From NCBI GenBank assembly GCA_964291625.2, contig OZ220089.1, positions 3,456,001 through 3,520,000 of the forward strand: 64,000 nucleotides of DNA. The letters run 5' to 3'. Origin of the DNA: Candidatus Latescibacterota bacterium (lineage in GTDB: Bacteria; Latescibacterota; UBA2968; UBA8231). The position numbers and the translations under genes were made by a program. Shown piece by piece: positions 37,552 to 47,674 of the stretch. Under the pieces are notes generated by a model that saw only the letters and a list, made by a program, of their open reading frames with translations, made no database searches and was not told the DNA's origin. Position 1 is the stretch's first letter. Every line of letters begins with the position of its first letter.

Positions 37552-38273
37552 GCGGGGGGGAGGTGTCTGAACTCGGTCAAGAGAATCTGGAGAGGGAGGC
37601 TTGAGAGGTTTGTGGTCCCGTGAGCAATGATGGGGAACGCCAGAGACCGGGTCCTCTCGTAGGAGAACGCAAAGACCCCTCCGGAGAGAAAGTGAAGGAA
37701 CGTGGTGTCCGTCCAGCCATGTGCAAGGGCGAACAGGGATGATGACAGGAGCACACTGGGGGCACAAGCGCAATGCCGCCTCAGCCAGGAGTAGAGAAGG
37801 CCTCGGAAGAAGAACTCCTCGAAGATGGGTGTTACCAGGACACCGTGGAGACACGTGGCGAGCAGATGTGCCGCGGTGGCCTCTCTGCTCAGGTGCCACA
37901 CATAGCTGTCGCCGCCAATGAATCCCAGATAGATCCCTGCCTTCATGGCTGTGAGGGTTACCCCACAGAGGGCGGCGGGAAGAACGAACTCCATGAAGCG
38001 GCAGGGTACCAGGCCGGTGACCTTCTCCACATTGCACTTGTACCGCCCCGCGCAGAAAACGCCGATCTCGACCATCAGGGCGAGGTAGGCGATATGCACC
38101 CATGCAAGTTTCGCTATCAGGAAATCCGTTGCGCGACTGGGATAGGCCGCATGCAGAGCCCGGAGTGCCTGTTCGAATCCGGCTACCTGGAGCAGCAAGA
38201 GGACGGCGCAGAGGACCAGGAAGCCGATCCCCCAGGGAACATCGAATCCCGGCTTCCGGCTGACGCCGGGCAC
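37548..38273 (-). CDS. CPBP (CAAX/Abi) intramembrane metalloprotease
   Basis: EEFFFRG, FALAH, AHGTTN motifs. Confidence 0.85.
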   Translation of the reverse strand: MPGVSRKPGFDVPWGIGFLVLCAVLLLLQVAGFEQALRALHAAYPSRATDFLIAKLAWVHIAYLALMVEIGVFCAGRYKCNVEKVTGLVPCRFMEFVLPAALCGVTLTAMKAGIYLGFIGGDSYVWHLSREATAAHLLATCLHGVLVTPIFEEFFFRGLLYSWLRRHCACAPSVLLSSSLFALAHGWTDTTFLHFLSGGVFAFSYERTRSLAFPIIAHGTTNLSSLPLQILLTEFRHLPPA

Positions 38274-38309
38274 CTTGCGGCGCTCCCCCGCCCCCGGGAG
38301 GGGGTGGGC

Positions 38310-38462
38310 TTACGGCTCTCTCCGCCGGGCGATCATGGCCCGGATCATGTCGGCCACGTCGCCGAACCCCCGCAGGGCGACGACGGCCACGGTGCCGAAG
38401 AAGAAGGCGCAGGCCAGCAAAAAGACGTAGCTCCAGATCTCGATCCAGGTGGCAGATTCCAT
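38310..38462 (-). CDS. 50-aa single-TM protein accompanying the SSS transporter
   Basis: Hand translation MESATWIEIWSYVFLLACAFFFGTVAVVALRGFGDVADMIRAMIARRREP. Confidence 0.6.
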   Translation of the reverse strand: MESATWIEIWSYVFLLACAFFFGTVAVVALRGFGDVADMIRAMIARRREP

Positions 38463-38466
38463 CGGC

Positions 38467-40032
38467 TCACTCCATGTCGCTGAAGTCGATGTGGCGGGGC
38501 GGGTACTTCTTCTGCGTCAGCAGCGAGCCCACGATCATGCCCAGGCCCCCGAGGATCAGGCTCGAGAAGTTGGTCAGGTTCGAGTTCTCCACGAAGCCGC
38601 GCAGGGCCTCGGGCACCAGGTCGGGGAAGAAGCTCATGACCAGGAAGTTGAGAGGCCCGGTGGCGCCCAGGACCAGGGCGCAGTAGGCGCCGACGCGGTT
38701 GGCCTTCTTCCAGTAGAGGCCCAGGACCACGGTGCCCACGGTGCCGGCGAAGTAGATGGTGCCGGTGAGGTACATGAACTTCATCGCCGTCTCCGGCAGG
38801 CGGTCGATGAAGAAGATGCCGAACAGCGCCAGCAGCACGGCCAGGCAGATGATGATCGCCCGCGTCCAGTAGATCTCCTCGCGGCTGCTCAGCCCGCCCC
38901 AGGTGTCGTCGCCGGTGCGCTGCTGGTCGCTGCCGGCGCGCATCGCCTTGATCGGCGAGATGACGTCGCGCACGATGACGCCGCTCCAGGCCAGCAGGTA
39001 GGAGTCGTGGGTCGACATGAAGGCGGCGAACATGCCCGCCAACAGCAGCCCCGCGGCGCCGGCGGGCAGGATCTGGCCGAGCATCTCGGGCACCGCCGAC
39101 TGGCCGTCCTGGGCGTAGGCGCCGGCGTACGAGGGCAGCCGCGTCCAGGCGAAGGCGGCGGCCCCCCAGAACATGGGCACCAAGGCGCGGCCGGCCGAGG
39201 TCAGGCCCTGGATCCAGAAGATGCGCCGCGCCACGCGGGCGTCCTCGGTCGACAGGGGCCGCGACATCTCCGGCTGCCAGACGATGCCCACGAAGGAGAC
39301 GCACAGGAAGTAGATGATGAAGTACCAGCCGAAGGAGGGGTTGCCGATGGGGTCGAAGGCCGCGGCCCCCTTGTGCGTCTCCAGCGAGCTGACGATGGAG
39401 CTGAAGCCCAGGTCCGGGTGATTGAGGATGAAGAAGGTGCCGAGGAAGAAACCGAGGGTGAGCAGCACGAACTGGGCGAAGTCGGTGAGCACCACCGAGA
39501 CCATGCCGCCCATGAGGGTGTAGAACACGACGATGATCAGCAGGGCGATCATCACCGGGTTCGTCCAGCTCTCCGGCATGCCGGTGAAGCCGACGACGAA
39601 CTTGGAGCCGAGGATGGGGAAGAGGCTCATGTTGAGGGTGCCGGCCAGACCGAGGATGCAGCCGCCGAGGAGGCGCACGCCCCGCGAGTACTTGAGCTCG
39701 TACATCTCCGGCACCGTCATGATGCGCAGGTGCCGCAGCCGGCTCACGAGGAAGCCCGTCTTGCCGATGACGATGTGGGCGCCGGTGGCCATCACCCCGA
39801 GGATGAAGGGCGAGAAGCCGTTGACGAAGCCCTCCTCGGCGAAATACATGACCGTCACCAGGCCGAGGCCGGTGGAGACCATGGTGGCCACGGCCGTGTG
39901 GGTCTTCAGGCTGCGGCCGGCGACGAGGAAGTCGGAGATGCCCCGGATCGCCGAGCGCGCCAGCAGGCCGGCGGTGATCGTGCCGCCCACGTAGACGAGG
40001 ACGATCAGGAAGTCGAACCAGTGCAGATGCAT
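38467..40032 (-). CDS. Sodium:solute symporter family protein
   Basis: DFLVAGRSL, YTLMGGMVSVVLTD, AAFMSTHDS, about 13 TM. Confidence 0.9.
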   Translation of the reverse strand: MHLHWFDFLIVLVYVGGTITAGLLARSAIRGISDFLVAGRSLKTHTAVATMVSTGLGLVTVMYFAEEGFVNGFSPFILGVMATGAHIVIGKTGFLVSRLRHLRIMTVPEMYELKYSRGVRLLGGCILGLAGTLNMSLFPILGSKFVVGFTGMPESWTNPVMIALLIIVVFYTLMGGMVSVVLTDFAQFVLLTLGFFLGTFFILNHPDLGFSSIVSSLETHKGAAAFDPIGNPSFGWYFIIYFLCVSFVGIVWQPEMSRPLSTEDARVARRIFWIQGLTSAGRALVPMFWGAAAFAWTRLPSYAGAYAQDGQSAVPEMLGQILPAGAAGLLLAGMFAAFMSTHDSYLLAWSGVIVRDVISPIKAMRAGSDQQRTGDDTWGGLSSREEIYWTRAIIICLAVLLALFGIFFIDRLPETAMKFMYLTGTIYFAGTVGTVVLGLYWKKANRVGAYCALVLGATGPLNFLVMSFFPDLVPEALRGFVENSNLTNFSSLILGGLGMIVGSLLTQKKYPPRHIDFSDME

Positions 40033-40266
40033 GTGAACAGGTGCTCCCGCGGATGAGGGGGGCGGGGAATATAGGCGATGATCGGGGGGCAGGGGGTGGC
40101 GGGCGGGTGCCGGGCGCCATGGGTCGGCCGTGCCCCCGGAGTTACCGGCACGGATGTTGCGTTGCGCAGGACTTCAGGTGCCCGGAGGATTCTTGACCCC
40201 AAGGAGGCAACCGTGTTCGTACCCGGTCGGAGCAAATCGCCAAGGCCCTATGGATCGGACAAGGCC

Positions 40267-40710
40267 ATGATCACCCAGGAGCAGCACGACAAGCTTCTCG
40301 CCGACGCATCCTCGCTCACACATGAGGGGGTAGTCGCACTTCTCCGGCGATCCGGCCTCGAAAGGATCGCTGTTCGCCTGGACTACCTCCGCCAAGTCGT
40401 TGACGAAGACCCTGAGCACTCCCCCCTGGAGATCGAATCCCTCCGTTCCCTGGCCACGTTTCTCGTTGTCGAACGGCAATTGCCTCATCCACAGATCTCG
40501 GCCGGGCCGGCTTGTCTTTTCTCCGCCCAGTGGAGCACTGCCTCCGGCGAGGCCATGGCGATGGAGTTCCTTGGTTCCGGGCTGATTCGGTTCGCGGTTC
40601 TGTCCAGTCCGGGTGCCCCGGAGGATCCGTGGAGTGTCAGCGGTACTCTGCCAAGGCATGAGGTCATGACGGCTGTCGAGCCATTCACCGTGCGGATGCA
40701 ACGGCGATGA
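40267..40710 (+). CDS. Hypothetical protein
   Basis: Lower-GC ORF with plausible composition; start uncertain. Confidence 0.5.
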   Translation: MITQEQHDKLLADASSLTHEGVVALLRRSGLERIAVRLDYLRQVVDEDPEHSPLEIESLRSLATFLVVERQLPHPQISAGPACLFSAQWSTASGEAMAMEFLGSGLIRFAVLSSPGAPEDPWSVSGTLPRHEVMTAVEPFTVRMQRR

Positions 40711-40746
40711 GCGCGCTTCCCGACACGGATCACAGATACTACCCGG

Positions 40747-40835
40747 CTACCTCAGGGCGGCCTTGATCCTCGCCCGGGAGGACGGCTCCACCGCGGAGTT
40801 TTCGCCACCGTCATGGCGGGATGGATGCTCCTCCC
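40747..40835 (-). pseudogene. C-terminal remnant of a SWGRIK-family gene
   Basis: HPSRHDGGENSAVEPSSRARIKAALR* (W to R change in the motif). Confidence 0.65.
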
Positions 40836-40863
40836 TGGCGGCGGAGCGGCGCGGAGGGACCGT

Positions 40864-42702
40864 CTACCGGTAGCGCTCCGCTTGGGTGTTGAACATCCGC
40901 GCGTAGCGGCCGTCCTCGGCCAGGAGCTGCTCGTGGCTCCCCTGCTCGACGAGCTCACCCTGATGGAGGACGAGGATCCGGTCGGCCATGCGCACCGTGG
41001 AGAAGCGGTGGGAGATGAAGATCGCCGTCCGGTCCGCCGTGAGCTCGGCGAAGCGCGAGAACACGTCCTGCTCGGCGAAGGCGTCGAGGGCGGCCGTGGG
41101 CTCGTCGAGAATGAGGATCTGCGCCTCCTTCATGAAGGCGCGGCTCAGGGCGATCTTCTGCCACTCGCCCCCGGACAGGTCGACGCCCTCTTCGAACTCC
41201 TTCCCCAGGACCGTGTCGTATCCCTTCGGCAGGCCGTCGATGAGGTCCCCGGCGCCGCCGTCGAGGGCGGCGCGCTCGATGCGGTCGGCATCGTCGAGGC
41301 GGTCCACCTGGCCGAAGCCGACGTTCTCCTTCGCCGGCAGGCCGTATCGCACGAAGTCCTGGAAGATCACCCCGATACGGCGGCGAAGCTCTTCCGGGTC
41401 GTATTCCCGGAGGTCCCGTCCATCGAGATGGACGGCGCCTTCCGTGGGGTCGTAGAACCGGGCCAGGAGCTTGATGAGGGTGGTCTTGCCGGCGCCGTTC
41501 TCCCCGACGATGGCGGCCGATCCGCCCGCCTCGATGGCGAAGGAGACGTTCCTCAGGACATCCCGGTCGGAGCCTGGATACCGGAAGGAGACGTTGCGGA
41601 ACTCGAGGCCCTGGGTCAGTCGCTCGGGGACCGGCACGGGCGAGGCGGGGGGCGGTGCCAGCGCCCCGCCGACGGAGCGGGGATCGAGATCGAGGAACCG
41701 GAAGAGGGTGCCGGCGAAGATCGTGTGCTCGTAGAACAGGCCGAGATTGCTGAATAGGCTGGAGAACCCCGACCGTCCCTGCTCGGCCGCCTGAAAGGCC
41801 AGGGCCACGGTGCCAAGGCTGATCTGGCCTCCCACGGCGCGCACCACGGCGTAGGCCCAGATGGACGCCGTCCCCACCATCGTCATCAGTCCCAGGAGGA
41901 AAGCGAAGCGTTCCTGGGCGAAGCGGAGGCGGATCGTCTCCTTTCCCCACGACCGCCAGAATCGGCCGAAGCGCTTCAGCAGTTCCTCGTGGAGCGCGAA
42001 GATGCGGATCTCCTTGACGGCCTCGCGAGAGCCGAGCAGCCCCGCCAGGTACTCGGCCATGCGCCGGTTGGCCGCCATGGCGCCCACCAGTGAGAAGCGC
42101 CTGCCGGCGTAGTGGCCGCCGACGATCACCTGCGGCGCCGAGGTAGCGAGCAGCACGATCGGCGCGGCCCAGTGGACCGAGAGCAGCAGGACCAGCATGG
42201 AGGCCAGCCCGGTCAGGGAGGAGGCGATGAGCAGGGACAGGACGGCGAGGTTGTGGGCGCGATAGGTCTCGCTCCCGGCCTTCTCCAACTCGTCGAAGAA
42301 GGCCGGGGTCTCGAAGAAGGCGATGTCGAGCCGGGCGGCCTTCCTCAGGATCAGGTTCTGGCTGTGGTTGCTGACATCGACCCCGACCTTCTCCTGCAAT
42401 CCGGTGGCCGCCGCCCCGCACAGGGACCCGAGGATCCAGACGCCGAAGACGCCGGCCACCGGCGTCAGCAGGCCGACCCAGTCCACCGGGGTATCCGCCG
42501 GACCAACCACGGCCCCGGCCACGTTGTCGATGACGATCTTGGTGATCCAGACCTGGGTCGCCGGGACCACGGCGCTGAGCATGTTCACCGCGACGGCCAG
42601 GACGCCGTAGAGCCCGGTCGCGTCCCAGATCAGGCGCAGGCACCGGGGGTAGTACCTGACTACCTGGGCTATCGAATCGGCCACGGCTTCAGTCGATGGC
42701 AC
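40864..42702 (-). CDS. ABC exporter, permease + ATPase
   Basis: GENGAGKTT, LSGGEWQK, ILDEPTAALD, SHRFSTV. Confidence 0.92.
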   Translation of the reverse strand: MPSTEAVADSIAQVVRYYPRCLRLIWDATGLYGVLAVAVNMLSAVVPATQVWITKIVIDNVAGAVVGPADTPVDWVGLLTPVAGVFGVWILGSLCGAAATGLQEKVGVDVSNHSQNLILRKAARLDIAFFETPAFFDELEKAGSETYRAHNLAVLSLLIASSLTGLASMLVLLLSVHWAAPIVLLATSAPQVIVGGHYAGRRFSLVGAMAANRRMAEYLAGLLGSREAVKEIRIFALHEELLKRFGRFWRSWGKETIRLRFAQERFAFLLGLMTMVGTASIWAYAVVRAVGGQISLGTVALAFQAAEQGRSGFSSLFSNLGLFYEHTIFAGTLFRFLDLDPRSVGGALAPPPASPVPVPERLTQGLEFRNVSFRYPGSDRDVLRNVSFAIEAGGSAAIVGENGAGKTTLIKLLARFYDPTEGAVHLDGRDLREYDPEELRRRIGVIFQDFVRYGLPAKENVGFGQVDRLDDADRIERAALDGGAGDLIDGLPKGYDTVLGKEFEEGVDLSGGEWQKIALSRAFMKEAQILILDEPTAALDAFAEQDVFSRFAELTADRTAIFISHRFSTVRMADRILVLHQGELVEQGSHEQLLAEDGRYARMFNTQAERYR

Positions 42703-43795
42703 CGCCGGCGATCCGGAGAGTCACGATCTCCACTTCGCGCACCTCGGCCTCGACCCCGAGGCCGTACTCCTCTTCCAGCACTCGCCGTGTCTCATCGAGA
42801 GATTCGAGGGGGAGCGTGAAGTCGTACTTCCCCTGCAGTGCAGTCTCGTTGAAGAAAGCTCCATCCGTGGATCTCTCGAGATACCGGACGAGTTGATCGA
42901 TGGTGATGTTCGAGCCTGTGAACTCTGACTGTGATGTCTGCGTGGACATGCCGCCGCCCAGGTCCGACATGTCCGTCATCCGCGGCTGACGGCAGGTCAG
43001 CTTCCAGCCTTCCCGCTCTTCCTGTGCGCGGTGAATCGTGATTCCGCCGAGGTCGCAGAGGACGTCCAGGGCTCTCCGCCTGGCGGCCTCCGGCTTCAGG
43101 GGGCTATTGCAGCGCAGCTCCACGTCCCACAGCTCCTCCGGCTCCTGTCCCTCGATCCGGAACCGGGAGCGGGGGTGGTCCAGCAGGTCGCGGATCACCT
43201 CCACCACCCGGCACCCGTGGTACTCGGCCTCGAACCGTCCGTCGCCGTTGCATGAGCCGTACTCCCTGCGGTCGGAAGCATTCCGGTCGATCCGCAGGAA
43301 GAAGGGAGCATCCTGGGCTTCCACGGCCACGGTCTCCGGCGCGGCGGCCGGCTCGGCCACCTCGGGGACCTGGTCCGTGCGCAGGAACGTCTCCAGCAGT
43401 TCCGCCGTGAAGAGATTGGGATGGCCGTGCCAGCGAAGCAGACCCTGGGCGTCGATGATGAGGGTGCGAGGGATGCTGCGTATTTCAAAGGCGTCGAAGG
43501 TCGCACGGTCTCGATCGACGGCGACCGAGCCCTCGATGGGCCGCTTCTGCAGGAAGCGCTCTATGGTGGGAGCGTCCTCCGGGCTCAGGGAGACGAACAG
43601 CGTCTCCGCATCTCCATAGGTGGAGGCGAGCTCGTTGAGGTGGGGGATGGCGCTGATGCAGGGCCCGCAGTGAGTCCCCCAGAACTCGAGGATCACGTTC
43701 CGGCCGGCAAAGGCGTCCTCGCCTGCCGGCTTCCCGGATACCCATTCACCCACCTCGATCGGCGGGGCCGGCTGGCCAACGGATGGAGTACTCAT
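42689..43795 (-). CDS. TlpA redoxin fused to a TIGR03435/DUF3738-like domain
   Basis: EFWGTHCGPC, SIPRT; C-terminal FFNETALQGKYDFTL...EEYGL. Confidence 0.7.
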   Translation of the reverse strand: MSTPSVGQPAPPIEVGEWVSGKPAGEDAFAGRNVILEFWGTHCGPCISAIPHLNELASTYGDAETLFVSLSPEDAPTIERFLQKRPIEGSVAVDRDRATFDAFEIRSIPRTLIIDAQGLLRWHGHPNLFTAELLETFLRTDQVPEVAEPAAAPETVAVEAQDAPFFLRIDRNASDRREYGSCNGDGRFEAEYHGCRVVEVIRDLLDHPRSRFRIEGQEPEELWDVELRCNSPLKPEAARRRALDVLCDLGGITIHRAQEEREGWKLTCRQPRMTDMSDLGGGMSTQTSQSEFTGSNITIDQLVRYLERSTDGAFFNETALQGKYDFTLPLESLDETRRVLEEEYGLGVEAEVREVEIVTLRIAGGAID

Positions 43796-43904
43796 AGGGA
43801 ACTCCTTCGGGGAAAGGTGTTGCGAAGGTGCGTGGCGTACCTGGCGCCGAGGTCCTGAGGGCGAAGCTACCCGGGGGATCTCGACAGGGTCAAGCCTCCG
43901 GGTG

Positions 43905-44645
43905 TCAGCCCAGCAGCAGGTGGCTCCGCGGCTCCCAGCCGAGCAGGGCCCGGGCCTTGGATAGGTTGACCTGCTCCTGGTTCTCGTCGCCGGCGATGAA
44001 GAAGGCGTCGAAGCGGCCGCGGCCCTCGCGCACGAAGTCGAGGCCGGCCAGATAGGCCCGGGCCAGGTCCTCCTCGTCGGTGGGCACGACGCCGGCCACG
44101 GGCGGGCTGTTGCGGCGCTCGATGAACCGCTCCCGCGTCGACGGCCCGGTGATGCGGAAGACGGCCAGGTTCATCGCGAACTCGCGGGCGAAGTATCGGC
44201 AGATGCCCTCGGCCAGGCCCTTGGTGAGGCCGTAGACGTTGGGGCCGTCGAGGGGGACGTGGTCCTCGCCGGGGTACCAGTCGCGGCCGCGGTGGTGCTG
44301 GCTCATGGTGCCGGTGTGGATGCCGCAGTGGATGCCCAGGTCGTGGGCGGTGAGCAGCAGCAGGTGCAGGCCGAGGCAGTTGACGGTGTAGTTGTCGATG
44401 GCCAGTTGCGGCGTGTGGTCGCGGGTGAAGCCGCCCTGCCCGCCCTTCATGACCATGGTGATGAAGGTGTCCATGCCGTCCAGGGCGCGGCCCAGGGCCT
44501 CGGGATCGGCGATGGAGCCCTCGACGAAGTCGACGTCGCGGGCCGGCGGCGCCAGGTCGAGGACGCGCAGCTCGTGGACCCGTTGCAGGTAGGGCGTGAC
44601 GATGGTGCCCACGTGGCCGGAGCCGCCCACGAGCAGGACCTTCAC
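43905..44645 (-). CDS. NAD-dependent epimerase/dehydratase (extended SDR)
   Basis: GGSGHVG, YGLTK; GTG start overlaps the upstream stop. Confidence 0.8.
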   Translation of the reverse strand: MKVLLVGGSGHVGTIVTPYLQRVHELRVLDLAPPARDVDFVEGSIADPEALGRALDGMDTFITMVMKGGQGGFTRDHTPQLAIDNYTVNCLGLHLLLLTAHDLGIHCGIHTGTMSQHHRGRDWYPGEDHVPLDGPNVYGLTKGLAEGICRYFAREFAMNLAVFRITGPSTRERFIERRNSPPVAGVVPTDEEDLARAYLAGLDFVREGRGRFDAFFIAGDENQEQVNLSKARALLGWEPRSHLLLG

Positions 44646-45769
44646 GAGGCCGGTCTCTTCCCCGTGAGGATCCGCTCCACCTTGTCGCAGGTGAAGTCGA
44701 TCTCCTCGTCGGTCATCTCGATGGCGTCGAGCCAGATGTAGCCCCGGTCGGTGTGGTGGGCGCGGACGACGACGGTGGGATCGCCCTCGGCCAGCGCTTC
44801 GGCGAGGGAGGCGGCCGTGTGCCCCGTGGTCCCGGGGTCGGGCGTCAGGCGCGCCCGCGAGAAGGGGCAGCCGTTGGCATCGGGATCGACGCCCAGGGCC
44901 AGTCCCGGCACCGGCTCCAGGCGGTCGAGGATGCGCCGCACCCGCCGGTCCTGCTCCGCCGTCCAGGCGTCCACGTCCTCGGCCTCGCGGTACTCCAGGC
45001 CGGCCATGGCGCCGACGATCGCCTCCTTGCCGGCCTTCATGGGGCGGCCGATGCCGCGGTTCTGCAGGTAGACGGCGTCCACCAGCTCCTGGCGCCCGGC
45101 GACGATGCCGCCGGTGGTGGCGCACAGGAACTTGTGGGCGCTGGTGATCACCAGGTCGGCGCCGGTGGCGATCAGGCCGCGCAGGCGCAGGTCCTGGGCG
45201 GCGCCGTCGACGATGACCGGCACGCCGTGCTCGTGGGCGAGGGCGACGACGCGGGCCAGCGGCACCCAGCCGAACTGCACCGTGTGGAAGGACTCGACGT
45301 GGAGCACGGCGGTCACGCCCTCGCCGGACAGCCCCTCTACAAGCTCTTCCTCGGTGCAGCGGTTGACCGAGCCCAGCTCCACGGGGCGGGCCCCGGCCAG
45401 CCGGATCGCCTGGGTCACCGGCTGGCCGTAGTTGACGCAGTGCCCCTTCTGGATCAGCACCCGGTCCTTCAGGCCGGTGGTGTCCGGCAGCTGCAGGACC
45501 TTGGGCAGGTCGGCGCCCGTCATCGAGGCGGCCACGCCGAGGGTGATGCCGGCGGCGCTGCAGGCGGTGACGCAGCCGCTCTCGGCGCCGGAGGAGGCGG
45601 CGATGGCGCGCCCGGCCGCGGCCTGCAGCTCGTCGAGGACGAAGAAGTGGCGCATCGACTCGGCCGCCTGCGCGGCGATCTCGGGCAGCACGATGGCGCC
45701 CCCCAGGTGGGTCATCTTGCCGCAGGCGTTGATCACGCGGCGCAGTCCGTACTTGCGGTGCAGCTCCAT
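44642..45769 (-). CDS. SelA-like/DgaE-family PLP enzyme
   Basis: RRVINACGKMTHLGG, VDGAA, SAHK, GIGRPMKAGKE. Confidence 0.85.
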   Translation of the reverse strand: MELHRKYGLRRVINACGKMTHLGGAIVLPEIAAQAAESMRHFFVLDELQAAAGRAIAASSGAESGCVTACSAAGITLGVAASMTGADLPKVLQLPDTTGLKDRVLIQKGHCVNYGQPVTQAIRLAGARPVELGSVNRCTEEELVEGLSGEGVTAVLHVESFHTVQFGWVPLARVVALAHEHGVPVIVDGAAQDLRLRGLIATGADLVITSAHKFLCATTGGIVAGRQELVDAVYLQNRGIGRPMKAGKEAIVGAMAGLEYREAEDVDAWTAEQDRRVRRILDRLEPVPGLALGVDPDANGCPFSRARLTPDPGTTGHTAASLAEALAEGDPTVVVRAHHTDRGYIWLDAIEMTDEEIDFTCDKVERILTGKRPAS

Positions 45770-45945
45770 GCTCGCTCCGTGGTCTCTGGTGGGGGCCGGG
45801 AATGTAGCCGAGCGCCGCGGGCGCCCCAAACAGCCTGGAGCCGTGGGCGAGGGGTCCCCCGGCGCCGGGATCTGGCTTAACTTGGCGGCAGCACTGACGA
45901 CGGTCCGCCGCGCGGCGGCGGGCGTACCCAGCTTGCGAGGACTCG

Positions 45946-46971
45946 ATGACGAAGACCTTTTCCCAACGCAGGATCGGAAAGACCGACATCACCGTCACCG
46001 AGGTCGGTTTCGGCGGCGCCCACCTCGGGGAGCTGTTCGAGGGCGTGCCCGACGACCAGGCGCAGGCGACCCTGGCCGCGGCCTGGGAGGGCGGCATGCG
46101 CCTCTACGACACCGCCCCATACTACGGCCACGGTCTCTCCGAGCACCGCACGGGCGACTTCCTGCGGCGCCGGGAGCGCTCGCAGTACGTGCTCTCCACC
46201 AAGGTGGGCCGCGTCCTCAAGGCCGCCCGCGACCTGGAGCGCTTCGACCGCGGCGTCTGGACCGGCGCCCTGCCCTTCGAGTTCCACTACGACTACAGCT
46301 ACGACGGCATCATGCGCTCGTGGGAGGACAGCCTCCAGCGCCTGGGCCTGCCCTCCATCGACCTGCTGCTGGTGCACGACCTCGACAGCCTCGTGCACCC
46401 CACGGAGAAGCGGCTCTCGTCCCACGAGTCGCAGCTCTGCACCAGCGGCGCCCGGGCGCTGGAGGAACTGCGCCGCGACGGCCGCATCGGCGCCATCGGC
46501 GCCGGCATCAACGTCCGTCCGGCCATCCCGCGGCTGATCGACCTCGTCGATCTCGACTTCTTCATCGTCGCCATGCCCTACACCCTGCTCGACCAGGACG
46601 TGCTCGACGAGGAGTTCCCCCTCTGCCAGGAGCGCGGCGTGAGCGTCGTCATCGGCGCCCCCTTCGCCTCCGGGATCCTGGTCACCGGTCCGAAGGAGGG
46701 AGCCGCGTACGCCTACGGGCCGGCGCCGCCCGGGATCCTCGACAAGGCGCGGCGCATCCAGGCGGTCTGCGGGCGCCACGAGGTGCCCCTGCCGGCGGCG
46801 GCGATCCAGTTCCCTCTCGCCCATCCGCTGGTCTCGGCGGTGATTCCCGGGGCCGTGCATCCCGGGCAGGTGCAGGCCAACCTGGACTCGTGGAGCCGCC
46901 CGATACCGGCGGACCTGTGGGCGGAGCTGAAGGCGGAGGGCCTGATCCGGGCGGACGCGCCGACGCCGTGA
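45946..46971 (+). CDS. Aldo/keto reductase (D-threo-aldose dehydrogenase-like)
   Basis: YDTAPYYG, STKVGR, DYSYDG, LVHD. Confidence 0.9.
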   Translation: MTKTFSQRRIGKTDITVTEVGFGGAHLGELFEGVPDDQAQATLAAAWEGGMRLYDTAPYYGHGLSEHRTGDFLRRRERSQYVLSTKVGRVLKAARDLERFDRGVWTGALPFEFHYDYSYDGIMRSWEDSLQRLGLPSIDLLLVHDLDSLVHPTEKRLSSHESQLCTSGARALEELRRDGRIGAIGAGINVRPAIPRLIDLVDLDFFIVAMPYTLLDQDVLDEEFPLCQERGVSVVIGAPFASGILVTGPKEGAAYAYGPAPPGILDKARRIQAVCGRHEVPLPAAAIQFPLAHPLVSAVIPGAVHPGQVQANLDSWSRPIPADLWAELKAEGLIRADAPTP

Positions 46972-46981
46972 GCCGGACGGC

Positions 46982-47575
46982 TCAGCCGGCGGCGTAGAAC
47001 GCGATCAGCAGGACCACCCAGACGACCTCGAGGAAGTGCCAGTAGGTGGCGGCGCTGCGCACCGCCGGCAGGTGCTCCAGGCCGAGTCGGTCCATGGCGG
47101 CGCGCACCGCCAGCATCCCCAGCAGACCCAGGCCCGCCGCCACGTGGACGGCGTGGATGAGGACGAGGGCGAAGGCGAGGCCCTCCAGGCCGATGAAGGC
47201 GCCCGTCGACAGGGACAGCTCGTGCCGGGCCAGGAGGGAGGCCATGCCCAGGACCTGGGCGAGGGTGAAGAGCAGGCCGAGGCCGAAGCCGACGCGCACC
47301 CAGCGGCCGACTTCGAGGAGCCGGGCCCGCCGGGCGTGGCGGGCGGCCCCCTCGACGGCCAGGCCCGAGAGCAGCAGCAGCAGGGTCGAGAGCCACAGGG
47401 CCGGGGGCAGGGAGAGGTCGCTCCCGGAGGGACGCGACTGGTGGCTGAAGGCGAAGATCGCCAGCCCCGCGGCGAAGAACACGGACAGGGAGACGAGGAC
47501 CAGAACGAGGCCGAGGCGGCGCACGGAGACCGGGTCGGGCAGGGGAGCCCGGGAGGGGGGGCCGGAGGGATCCAT
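46982..47575 (-). CDS. Cytochrome c oxidase subunit III-like protein (orphan)
   Basis: IHAVHV and YWHFLEVVW motifs; 5 TM. Confidence 0.8.
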   Translation of the reverse strand: MDPSGPPSRAPLPDPVSVRRLGLVLVLVSLSVFFAAGLAIFAFSHQSRPSGSDLSLPPALWLSTLLLLLSGLAVEGAARHARRARLLEVGRWVRVGFGLGLLFTLAQVLGMASLLARHELSLSTGAFIGLEGLAFALVLIHAVHVAAGLGLLGMLAVRAAMDRLGLEHLPAVRSAATYWHFLEVVWVVLLIAFYAAG

Positions 47576-47674
47576 GGGCGCACTCTACGAAGGCGGGCAT
47601 CCATGCTCAAGGCCGGGCCGGCCGGCTTCCGGCGCCGGTTGCCGGGGCCCGGCAGCGGCTCCACCTTCCACCCC

